27,360 nucleotides of DNA from Oligoflexales bacterium (GCA_041736175.1 JBGSUI010000092.1:1-27360), one strand, 5' to 3'. Positions 9,562-17,781 are shown, counted from the stretch's first letter. The notes: generated from the sequence alone by a model not told the origin. Program-made: numbers and translations.

Positions 9562-10194
9562 TTAATCATCAGCATAAAATGGACCCATCGCCCTCGTCAG
9601 ATCTAGGCGAAATCGCCGCAGATGGGACAAAATTGTATTCTGTTTGATATTTAATAGGGAACTGATTTGGCTTACGGATTTTTGCTCGAAATAAAAGAGC
9701 CTGCCAACTTTTCCTCTGACCCCCTCTGGCATCTCTTGCACAAAGCTTTGAATGGCAGCGAGGGCTGCTTCTCTTTCGGAAAGATTCCAGGTCTCATCAC
9801 ACTGTTGCGAAAGCCAGCTAGCAAACTCCTCGCGGTCTCCTAACTCGCTCGATTCAAAAGATTCACAAGAACTTGTTTGTAAACTCACGGGCACCAACCT
9901 TTTAGATCTTAGGTGCAAGAAACATAGATTTCTGGAGATCGCGCGCACCCAGGCGCCGAATGTCTCGATAGACGAAAGGCTCGAGCGCTTTTCCCAAGCA
10001 TTGACAAAGGATTCTTGGACGATATCTTCGGCGATATCGTCACAAAATCCTTGTCTCACCACAAAGTGACGTATGCGAGGATAGTTTTGACGGTACAAGG
10101 AATCAAATTGATTGCGATCAATCAAAGCCACGTCGTTTCTCCACACAAAGTTGAGGGTCGGTTTTGACCCTAGTTGGTTTCTTTTCAAACCCAT
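9562..10194 (-). CDS. ECF-type sigma-70 RNA polymerase sigma factor
   Basis: Region 2 FDSLY...AEDIVQESFVNAW...FGAWVRAISRN; region 4 SVSQISSLLNIKQNTILSHLRR; exact start uncertain. Confidence 0.9.
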   Translation of the reverse strand: MGLKRNQLGSKPTLNFVWRNDVALIDRNQFDSLYRQNYPRIRHFVVRQGFCDDIAEDIVQESFVNAWEKRSSLSSIETFGAWVRAISRNLCFLHLRSKRLVPVSLQTSSCESFESSELGDREEFASWLSQQCDETWNLSEREAALAAIQSFVQEMPEGVRGKVGRLFYFEQKSVSQISSLLNIKQNTILSHLRRFRLDLTRAMGPFYADD

Positions 10195-10216
10195 CCGAGG
10201 ACGGTCCACAGGTTAA

Positions 10217-10232
10217 TGCAAGATGCATACCA
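10217..10232 (-). promoter_or_regulatory. Sigma54 -24/-12 promoter of the ECF sigma gene
   Basis: Minus strand TGGTATGCATCTTGCA, correct GG-N10-GC spacing. Confidence 0.7.
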
Positions 10233-10323
10233 GGGCATCAGATGGGTAAATAACACTCATTTTTTGGGACTTTTTCTGCAATTTTTACAGGAAAAAGTAA
10301 ATAAGCAGTGACCACTCCTTTTG

Positions 10324-10360
10324 GTCTCAAAATGAGACTCTGGTTTCAATTTGAAACCAG
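10324..10360. promoter_or_regulatory. Tandem palindromes, probable enhancer-binding-protein UAS
   Basis: GTCTCA-AAA-TGAGAC (10324-10338) and CTGGTTTCA-ATT-TGAAACCAG (10340-10360), ~90-130 nt upstream of the sigma54 site. Confidence 0.65.
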
Positions 10361-10480
10361 GGATCAGGGTCAAGATTTTCTAAGATGTCCCCGCTTTCGT
10401 TATTAGTAGGAGCCTCTGCAATATTGCCCTAAGTGATCCATCCCATTACCTGTACCTAACTTTGTAACAAGGAGTATCCT

Positions 10481-11110
10481 ATGAGACCTCTAAACCCAAA
10501 CATTTTTACCTTAGTTGTTCTAGGCTTAAACCTAGCATGTTCTGGCGAAGGAAATTCTGGAACACATAAAAAGGAGGCGGTTACTATGAATTCCACAGAG
10601 AGCCAAGCTGGTTTTGCCCAGCACAGCGAAGACTCAGGAAGCTTTGAATCACAAGCCAATGGACGAAAACAATTTATGATTGATGTTGACGTCGCGCTGA
10701 CGACAATTCATTTCGTCTCGATGGACCAAGACTTTAAAGTCGATTGGAAAAAGGGCGAATCTTGTGATCGGATCGAAATCCGAGAAACATCGGTGGGACT
10801 CGAAGTCAAACACTTAGATCGCGATGGAAGTTGTGGGCAAAGTAAAATTGACATTCTTGTAAGCGAAAAGCTTTCCACTGGGTTTAATGGGGGTGCAGGG
10901 GTCATGACCATTAAGGAGACTCGAAAATTTTTACAGTCAGCAGAAGAAATCAAAGCTGTCGTCATGGCAGGAAACATCGATAGCCAGGATGGTCGTATTG
11001 ATATCCAGAGGCAATGGGCCAAATCTACGGCGTATTTTAAAGGCGATAAACAGACTGACTTAAAGCTCTATCTATCGTTAGGAGCTGGTAATATTTTGTT
11101 TATTGATTAA
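10481..11110 (+). CDS. Lipoprotein, beta-rich (DUF4097/LiaG-like repeats suspected)
   Basis: Lipobox LNLAC; AAGGAG SD; recurring GAG/AGNI beta-turn motifs. Confidence 0.7.
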   Translation: MRPLNPNIFTLVVLGLNLACSGEGNSGTHKKEAVTMNSTESQAGFAQHSEDSGSFESQANGRKQFMIDVDVALTTIHFVSMDQDFKVDWKKGESCDRIEIRETSVGLEVKHLDRDGSCGQSKIDILVSEKLSTGFNGGAGVMTIKETRKFLQSAEEIKAVVMAGNIDSQDGRIDIQRQWAKSTAYFKGDKQTDLKLYLSLGAGNILFID

Positions 11111-11200
11111 AAAAACAGAGTGCACTTGTGCAATATTCATCTTCCCTGTGTGTCTTAACTATGTCGTGTGAGTGATTCTCTAAACTGAAAGGAAACAACG

Positions 11201-11401
11201 ATGAAAAGCGAAATGATTGATTTTGGAGTTTGGTACAACGGCGGAAAAACCAAAGACGGAAAAGACTCCAAGGAGTCAAAAGAATCCAAAGAAAGCAAAG
11301 AGCAATCTAAGGATGGCAGCAAAGATGGCAGCAAAGATGGCACCGAGATCGGCCGTCCCGGCATCTTTGGTGGCGAAACCGAAAGTGCCTTTAATTTCTA
11401 A
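11201..11401 (+). CDS. Putative RiPP (graspetide-like) precursor peptide with K-D/E repeat core
   Basis: AAAGGA SD; MKSEMIDFGVWYNGG-KTKDGKD(SKE)4Q(SKDG)3-TEIGRPGIFGGETESAFNF; first gene upstream of ATP-grasp genes. Confidence 0.8.
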   Translation: MKSEMIDFGVWYNGGKTKDGKDSKESKESKESKEQSKDGSKDGSKDGTEIGRPGIFGGETESAFNF

Positions 11402-11407
11402 ATCCAT

Positions 11408-11443
11408 GGAATCTCCCTGCCGTTGACCCGGTGGGGAGATTCC
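11408..11443 (+). promoter_or_regulatory. Stem-loop directly after precursor gene (mRNA stabiliser/attenuator)
   Basis: GGAATCTCCC-TGCCG...CGGTG-GGGAGATTCC, 15-bp stem with two G-U pairs and no U-tail. Confidence 0.7.
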
Positions 11444-11466
11444 CCGTTCCAGATGGAGTCCTTTCT

Positions 11467-12342
11467 ATGATGCTCCTGATTCATGATAACCAACCTGATC
11501 CCATCGTATCGGCGATCCTCTCCGCCCAAGACCAATGGCCCGAACCTATTGTTTCACTCTCAGTCGAAAAAATTCTCCAGGATGCAACCATCTTTGATGA
11601 AATCGAGGACGGGCAGCCACACCTTTCATGGACTTTTTCTGATCCTAAGATTGGTACCATTCATAACCATCCCGAGATTAAACTCGTCAATCGCCTGCGC
11701 TCGGTACCGTCCGCGCTGTTTGCTGATTTTCATAGCGAGGACCGAGACTATGCTCTCACCGAGTTTCACGCTTATATGACTTTTGCCCTTAATGCCTTTC
11801 CCGTCAAACTCAACGCCCCCGGATTTTTTGGGCTTGCAGGCAACCAATACCCGCTTCCCATCCAGTGGGATCTCGTCACAAAGGCATCCCTGGGCCTGGC
11901 GGTCCCTTCCTATTACTTAGGGGCCGCCTTCCACTGTCCCTTTGATTTTAAGTCCCAACCGGTCATCCTCAATCATACCTACGGATACCGCCATTGGAAA
12001 CCAGGGGGCCTGCCCAATAGTCCCTCCGTCTTTGCCCTGTTAAGACCCCAGGGAGATCCATACTTTTGTTTGGTCATAGGAGACCAGTCACTTGCCCTCG
12101 CAGGCCCTGGTGCGCCTCCTTTGAATCCTGACCTTTCCGACCGACTACGGTCTCTCGCCGTCAAAATCTCGGAGGTTTTGGCCTCGCCCATTGCCGAGAT
12201 CTTATTTTTTGTCTCGGGAGATAAGATCACCTTTGGGGTTCTCGATATCGTGCCGGCTGCCACAACAGGTCATCCTTTGTTTGGAGACCTTGTCATCCGA
12301 GGACTTCAGGGTTTTTTCGAAAGGACTCCCCATGCAAGCTGA
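11467..12342 (+). CDS. Degenerate ATP-grasp-fold protein
   Basis: GGAG SD; EDRDYALTEF.AY...LNAPG, QW...GLAVPSYYLG, LVIGDQ as in RiPP ATP-grasp ligases; catalytic D and ExN positions read AEILF and VLDIVP. Confidence 0.6.
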   Translation: MMLLIHDNQPDPIVSAILSAQDQWPEPIVSLSVEKILQDATIFDEIEDGQPHLSWTFSDPKIGTIHNHPEIKLVNRLRSVPSALFADFHSEDRDYALTEFHAYMTFALNAFPVKLNAPGFFGLAGNQYPLPIQWDLVTKASLGLAVPSYYLGAAFHCPFDFKSQPVILNHTYGYRHWKPGGLPNSPSVFALLRPQGDPYFCLVIGDQSLALAGPGAPPLNPDLSDRLRSLAVKISEVLASPIAEILFFVSGDKITFGVLDIVPAATTGHPLFGDLVIRGLQGFFERTPHAS

Positions 12343-12607
12343 ACCACGACGTACGTTTATTCCTCCAGCAAACCGGCCCGTCATCAGGGGTGCTGAGCTA
12401 AGAAGCGAAGCAGATTCTCGCCACTACCTTGCGATTTTTAATCATCCCCTGCGTCGCCAACTCTTTATCGAGGAGATCCATAAAGACCTGGCCTTTGATC
12501 TGACCAAAGTCTTTGGAATCCAGCGAAACCAATGGAACCAAATCATGGCAGATTTACGACCCGACCTAAAAGATCGCCTAAAAGATCCTCTAGGAGAAGA
12601 CCTATGA
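12332..12607 (+). CDS. 91-aa accessory protein, possibly RRE/PqqD-like
   Basis: ATG 12332 with AAGGA SD overlaps the upstream stop; its TGA overlaps the next ATG (ATGA); beta-then-helix pattern. Confidence 0.6.
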   Translation: MQAEPRRTFIPPANRPVIRGAELRSEADSRHYLAIFNHPLRRQLFIEEIHKDLAFDLTKVFGIQRNQWNQIMADLRPDLKDRLKDPLGEDL

Positions 12608-13743
12608 TGCGGCTTTCCCAATATGTTCCTGACCCGCTGGCAAGCAGTTCAGACCTTTGGTGCCATCCCATCACCCAGGCCAAGGTACGGCTCTCGCCCA
12701 CACTGAGAGCTAGGCTCCCCGGGATTTTGCGGGCTAACCTCCACGAAGAAGCCCACAACGCTGAGGAAACCCTCAATCAGCTGATCGCCTTTGAACTGCG
12801 TGACCTGGGTTTTCTGGTCCCCAATTGTTGGGAGCAATCTGAAGAAAAATTTTTCGCACTGCATCGGTCTTTGTGTCAGTCGGTACCAGGTTTTTTTGGA
12901 CGAAATCCAACTCCAACAAAGGCTGACGGATCATTAGCACAACTGATGACCGTGGGGGCCGAGGACCCCCAGGGATCACAGAGCCCTCTCTTGGCCTTGC
13001 GTCAGAAAAGCCACCAGATGTTTCAGGGCAAGAAAAACTTTGTTGATCTAAAGGGTCCCAGACTCTTGTCCAAAGATTTCCTTGGCGACTTAGGACATCT
13101 TGATACCAGGGACCTCACACCGGAGGAGATGGTCACAAAAATCAAACAAGGGCTCCCTCGTGCTGATGGAGAGACCGCCAGGCCACGGATCCCAATCATT
13201 CTTATGGATGAGCCCTCCAGCCTTCCCTATTTCATCCACGACCCTCACCTTTGGTCTCATCATAAAACCGTCCTCGTCGACCATACCCTGCGGTTTGGGC
13301 CTGCGGTGCCTAAAGCAGCCGAACGGCTGCGCCCGGTTTCCAGTCAAAATCTTTTTGCCCATCTAGAGTGGAGTAAACGGGACGAAAAGTTTACCTACCT
13401 GCTCCCTTCCTCGATGCTAGGGACTTCAGCTCCGGAAGACACCGTCCAAGAGATCTTAAACAACAATCTTTGGAAGGTTTTGGACCCTAGTTTAATGGCT
13501 AGCGATCTTTGGGCACCCCAAACCAACCAAACAGAAATCCTATGGGTCCTCCATGGTGATCTTTTTTCGCACCAAAAAACCTTACCCCTAGGCTCCCATC
13601 TTGTGCCAATGCTCAATGGACTTATCAAAAGATCCTCCCCCCGCGGTCTCGTGATCTGGGGTCTCCATGAAATCCCAGCAGCCCACCTAGACCTCCATGC
13701 TCTCCACGAGACGCTGTGGACAGTGGTCAGAGGAGTATTATGA
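12604..13743 (+). CDS. Ureohydrolase (arginase/agmatinase)-fold protein lacking metal ligands, with N-terminal extension
   Basis: GGAG SD; ATGA coupling at both ends; GSQSPLLALRQKS (cf. G..GP.AIR.AS), LGDLGHL, IPIILMDE (cf. P..LGGDH), VLVDHT (cf. DAHxD), WVLHGD (cf. SxDxD). Confidence 0.5.
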   Translation: MMRLSQYVPDPLASSSDLWCHPITQAKVRLSPTLRARLPGILRANLHEEAHNAEETLNQLIAFELRDLGFLVPNCWEQSEEKFFALHRSLCQSVPGFFGRNPTPTKADGSLAQLMTVGAEDPQGSQSPLLALRQKSHQMFQGKKNFVDLKGPRLLSKDFLGDLGHLDTRDLTPEEMVTKIKQGLPRADGETARPRIPIILMDEPSSLPYFIHDPHLWSHHKTVLVDHTLRFGPAVPKAAERLRPVSSQNLFAHLEWSKRDEKFTYLLPSSMLGTSAPEDTVQEILNNNLWKVLDPSLMASDLWAPQTNQTEILWVLHGDLFSHQKTLPLGSHLVPMLNGLIKRSSPRGLVIWGLHEIPAAHLDLHALHETLWTVVRGVL

Positions 13744-15488
13744 AAACCTCCATCCTGATCGGCTCCCGCCAAGATCCCCAATGCCAAACCCTCCGGTCTT
13801 TTGCCGATATCACCTGCTGGTGGGAGGATTGGGGCACTCTTTGGAGCATCAGTGCCCTGGACGGCAAGATCACCCTCCATCGATACCAAGGTGAGGGTCA
13901 CGTGTGCAGGTCTTTTGCTGGAGACCAAACCCATGTTTACCTTCGCTATGGGGGCTGCCCCCGAGAGGCCGAAGATCAATACGTCGTCCTGGCTGCCCTG
14001 CATCCCGAAATGGTGGGTGTGGCCCGACCGGAGTCTGCTCCTCTTAACAAACTAAACCAACTAGCGCTGTTTGGGCCCATGGCCCCGCGAACCTATGTGA
14101 CCAACCACCTCAAGTGTCTAGACCGACACCCGCAGACTTTGGTCGTTAAAAATATCTCGACCCTGCGCTCCGTTGCTGCAAGCTGTGATCAAACTCATAC
14201 TGATTTAACTAATTCGAAGCTTTCCATTCCAACTCTTTTTCAAGAAAAACTTGCGGGCCAGGAGTATAAACACCATCACTACGCTAGTGGTTATTCCCAC
14301 TGGTCCTTCACGGTCCATATCCTTAAGACTCAAGAAGTCCTGGACTACCGCTATGGCGATCAGGGTTTTCTCACAAAGCCAGAAGTATCGCCGCCCCAAG
14401 CCATCGCCGATCTTGGGGCACAGCTTTGTGCCAATCCCAAAGCCCCGCTGATCGATCTAGATTACATGGTAGAACCAAACGGCAAAGTTTGGGTCCTCGA
14501 ATGGAATGACAGCCCCGAAAGCGCGTCCTTTGAAGGCCGCTGCCGCCTGCGGCAAAACTGGAGTTTCTCCCGGCTGCTTTTAGCCCCCCTCCAAATGGTC
14601 ACCATTTCTCCCCAAAACGACCGGGTGGTCCAAGTACTAGCCGAAAACAACCCTCACGAGACCTCCCATGGCTCGTCCCTGGTCGGTTTGACCTGTGAGG
14701 CTTTTACTAAAGATTGGCATTTTGGACTCATGGACCAATCCCTCGTGTTTTATCTGGGTGCAAAGCCCATCGTGCCGACAGGGATTTATATAAGACCGGT
14801 GAATGTGCCCGACTCCTTGATCCAAGACTATGACAGCCTCTTCCGCGCCGTCGAACTATGGCCTGGACCAACCTTTGGGTCCATGAGTTATGGATTTTAC
14901 AACAGCTCAAAAATGTTTCAGACCCAAAAAAGCCTCCTCCAAGCTCGTAAACTTTCACAGACGGATAAGCTTATCGGCTTTCCCAAGTCTTATTTTATCA
15001 AAGGACAAACTCCCCAAGTTCAACAGCTCCTGGGGAGTCGTGCCCCCATGATTGTCAAGTCCTGCAGCGGCGCAAGATCGATTGTCGTCGACCAAGACAC
15101 CTACCAAAAATGGGACTCCAAACATCTCCACTCCATTCCAACCCTCTTTCAAGAGGCGGTCATGGGACCGGATATTCGAGTCCATGGGCTTCTCGACCAA
15201 CTTTTTGCCATCAAAGTCTCAACCAAAGACTCTATCGACTACCGCTATGCGGGAGATCGGGGTGGGTTTGAGACTTGGGATGTCCCTGGCCCGGTTCGAG
15301 CCTATGTGGAAACCCTTGCTTACCTAGAAGGCAATCCTTTGATTGGAGTTGATCTTATCGAAAAAGATGGAAAATATTTTTGTTTAGAAGCCAACCCCAC
15401 GCCCGGTTGGACCTGGTATTACAACCAAAACACCTGCTCGGTCAATCATCTTGCCCTGGGGATTTTAAAGCTTATGTCACCACCCTAA
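13740..15488 (+). CDS. Tandem double ATP-grasp (RimK-like) peptide ligase
   Basis: Domain 1: NKLNQL, PRTYVTN, VVKNIS, PTLFQE, DYRY, DLDYM..LEWNDSP. Domain 2: NSSKMFQ, IVKSCSGARSIV, PTLFQE..GPDIRVH, DYRY, GVDL..LEANPTPG. Confidence 0.9.
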   Translation: MKTSILIGSRQDPQCQTLRSFADITCWWEDWGTLWSISALDGKITLHRYQGEGHVCRSFAGDQTHVYLRYGGCPREAEDQYVVLAALHPEMVGVARPESAPLNKLNQLALFGPMAPRTYVTNHLKCLDRHPQTLVVKNISTLRSVAASCDQTHTDLTNSKLSIPTLFQEKLAGQEYKHHHYASGYSHWSFTVHILKTQEVLDYRYGDQGFLTKPEVSPPQAIADLGAQLCANPKAPLIDLDYMVEPNGKVWVLEWNDSPESASFEGRCRLRQNWSFSRLLLAPLQMVTISPQNDRVVQVLAENNPHETSHGSSLVGLTCEAFTKDWHFGLMDQSLVFYLGAKPIVPTGIYIRPVNVPDSLIQDYDSLFRAVELWPGPTFGSMSYGFYNSSKMFQTQKSLLQARKLSQTDKLIGFPKSYFIKGQTPQVQQLLGSRAPMIVKSCSGARSIVVDQDTYQKWDSKHLHSIPTLFQEAVMGPDIRVHGLLDQLFAIKVSTKDSIDYRYAGDRGGFETWDVPGPVRAYVETLAYLEGNPLIGVDLIEKDGKYFCLEANPTPGWTWYYNQNTCSVNHLALGILKLMSPP

Positions 15489-15534
15489 ACGGGACGACCT
15501 GTGTGATATTGATGTGATCAAAAGGAAAGAGATT

Positions 15535-17697
15535 ATGAAGCCAAAATTTAAAACTTCCCACTTTATGATTCTTGGGCTCCTAGCGCTTTTATCCCAGGCT
15601 GTCTCCATCACCACCCTCCAGCTCAAAGGCAATCTGGTCGACAAGCTGGTCGCCCAATCTTCCACGATGGAGAGTCTCCTGCTTTTGGTGGGGATCTTTG
15701 CGGGCCTGCAAATCTTTGGAGCAGTTGCTAATATTCTGTCAGAAAACCTCAACCGGTTTTTCTCTGTGACTGAGTTTGAACGCCACTGGAAACGGGGGAT
15801 GCCCCTGACGATCAAAAGGCCTTACCTTGGCTTTCACCATAAACTCTATAACGGACTCTACAATAACATCCCTAAGCTCTTTGGACTTAAGGTCAGCATC
15901 CTCCTCCAGTCGTTGACCGCCGTGGTCTATGGTGGGTTTTTTATGACCCGCCTGATCCATGATGAGTTTTGGCTCGGACTCTGCTTTATCCCTATCATTG
16001 GACTCTTTTCTTGGGGGGCAGGTCACCTCTACAGCCATAGCTACCAAGAGGGAACCAAAAAAATCGCCAGCGATCGGGTGGCTCTCAGCAGCTGGCTCGA
16101 ACTCTGGTTTCGCTCCTCGCGGGAAAGGACCATCAATTGGACCGACCACGAAGGACCAAAGGATACCAAGTCTTGGTTTTATAACCAGGGCCAAAAGGTC
16201 TCTCAAAACCTCCGGCATCAGGCCAGAGTGGTCCTTAAAAGAGATTTGTTTGGCTCACTCCTTGTGGATTGGCCCTATATCCTCTGTGTCTCGACCGTCC
16301 TTATAAGCGTGGTCCAGGGGCGCTTAACGATCGGCGAGTTTCTGATCTGGACCACACTCATCGATCACTTGATGTCAGCCTTTTCGTCCCTAAGGTTTAT
16401 TAAAAAATGCCGTCTTGATGCCAAAGCACTCCAAGACCAACTCCACGAAGACCTGGGTTGGATCGCGAGGGCACAGACTCCCCTACCCCTCCCAACCCCC
16501 TCGGGAGCAACCGTAGAAAAACCGCCAGAAAACCCCATAAAAAACGATTTCTACCGCTTTCAGCTTCTGTCAGGCGAAACCGTGATCCTTAGCTTACAGC
16601 CGGGATTTTATCGCATTGTGGGGAGCAATGGATCGGGCAAATCCACACTCCTCGACACCCTCCTTGGGATCAACGATCAATTCGACCGCTGGGACCCTGC
16701 GCAGGTGGAAAACCTACGCTCTAAAATCCAAAACCAAAGTCGCATCGTGGAACGGGACTGCGTCGTCTTTCCCGACTTCCAGGAGGGTCTCACGGCACAG
16801 ATTTTTGGAGAAGCCTCTCACTCAGACCACAGAACCTTCTTAGCCACAAACTTAGCCAGGTATTTGCCCCCCACCCTCACGTCCATGTGGGAACAAAAGA
16901 TCACCCACCTAGAACTCATCTGGAATCTAAGACCCGGCAGTCTATCGTCTGGAGAAAAAGTCATCTTGGCTTTTTTGCGGATGATCGCTTCTCTTACTCC
17001 CGACACCAAACTTATCGTCGTCGATGAATGCGACAGCGTCCTGGATCAAACGACGGCTGCGCTTTTTAACCAAACTGTTTTACGTCTTTCTAGTCATTTC
17101 GCCATTTGGTACGTGTCCCATACCTACGTCCAGCAGACCCTAGCAGCCAGCCAGGTCTTTCCCAAAGGCCACTCTTATGTGTCCTCCGTCTACCTTTTAG
17201 GCTACGAGCGCCATGCCGCCCGAGGGTTTGTCACACCCTGCCAAATCGCGGCACTCTCTGGAGGCTCAGGACAGGTCCTTGGATCCGGAAATGTTGGCGA
17301 AGCCCTTGCTCGGGTGTTTAGCACCATCAAGAGAGCCTTTATCCATCAACGAGAGGACTACCGAATTTTAGACCAGTTTGATTGGCACCTGGACTCCGTC
17401 TACCAGGAGGCCGAGGTGGGCGAAATAAAGTCGGCAGGTTTAATCCTTGCTGTGGGGATCCTCTCCATAGTACGTCAGATCAAAGGACTCTCGGAGTTAA
17501 GAGGTTATGCCGCGACGGGCCAGATTCTCCTTGATGGGAGCATCGTGCCTGTCAATTATATCGATGCAAAGTTGGAGGCAGCCCAAAACCTAAGCTTTAT
17601 CACTAAAATCCTCAGTTTTAGGGACGTCCCCCACCTCCTCCAACTCGAAGACCTGCTCCTTAAGGAGCAGGTCCCTGTGGCCGTGGTTGGGAATTAG
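15535..17697 (+). CDS. ABC exporter (TMD+NBD) fused to C-terminal Lon/S16 protease domain
   Basis: N-terminal TM helices; Walker A GSNGSGKST, signature LSSGEK, Walker B IVVDE, VSH; then FDWHL..KSAGL..GILS..AATGQILLDGSIVPV..IDAKLEAA. Confidence 0.85.
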   Translation: MKPKFKTSHFMILGLLALLSQAVSITTLQLKGNLVDKLVAQSSTMESLLLLVGIFAGLQIFGAVANILSENLNRFFSVTEFERHWKRGMPLTIKRPYLGFHHKLYNGLYNNIPKLFGLKVSILLQSLTAVVYGGFFMTRLIHDEFWLGLCFIPIIGLFSWGAGHLYSHSYQEGTKKIASDRVALSSWLELWFRSSRERTINWTDHEGPKDTKSWFYNQGQKVSQNLRHQARVVLKRDLFGSLLVDWPYILCVSTVLISVVQGRLTIGEFLIWTTLIDHLMSAFSSLRFIKKCRLDAKALQDQLHEDLGWIARAQTPLPLPTPSGATVEKPPENPIKNDFYRFQLLSGETVILSLQPGFYRIVGSNGSGKSTLLDTLLGINDQFDRWDPAQVENLRSKIQNQSRIVERDCVVFPDFQEGLTAQIFGEASHSDHRTFLATNLARYLPPTLTSMWEQKITHLELIWNLRPGSLSSGEKVILAFLRMIASLTPDTKLIVVDECDSVLDQTTAALFNQTVLRLSSHFAIWYVSHTYVQQTLAASQVFPKGHSYVSSVYLLGYERHAARGFVTPCQIAALSGGSGQVLGSGNVGEALARVFSTIKRAFIHQREDYRILDQFDWHLDSVYQEAEVGEIKSAGLILAVGILSIVRQIKGLSELRGYAATGQILLDGSIVPVNYIDAKLEAAQNLSFITKILSFRDVPHLLQLEDLLLKEQVPVAVVGN

Positions 17698-17781
17698 GAA
17701 TCTACCTAGCTGATTTATAAGAGTTAATGGGATTTATGCCGGTTTCCAAATAAACTAAAAACCATATTTTTAAGTCACGAA

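Noticed and set aside
11155..11426. Alternative-frame repeat peptides (LLPS repeats on minus, MAAK repeats on plus)
   Set aside because: By-products of the precursor repeat; only the 11201 frame has an SD and synonymous codon variation.
13395..14003. 202-aa antisense ORF (also 15739-16218, 18054-18677 and 22584-23039)
   Set aside because: Fully antisense to well-supported genes, with no motifs.
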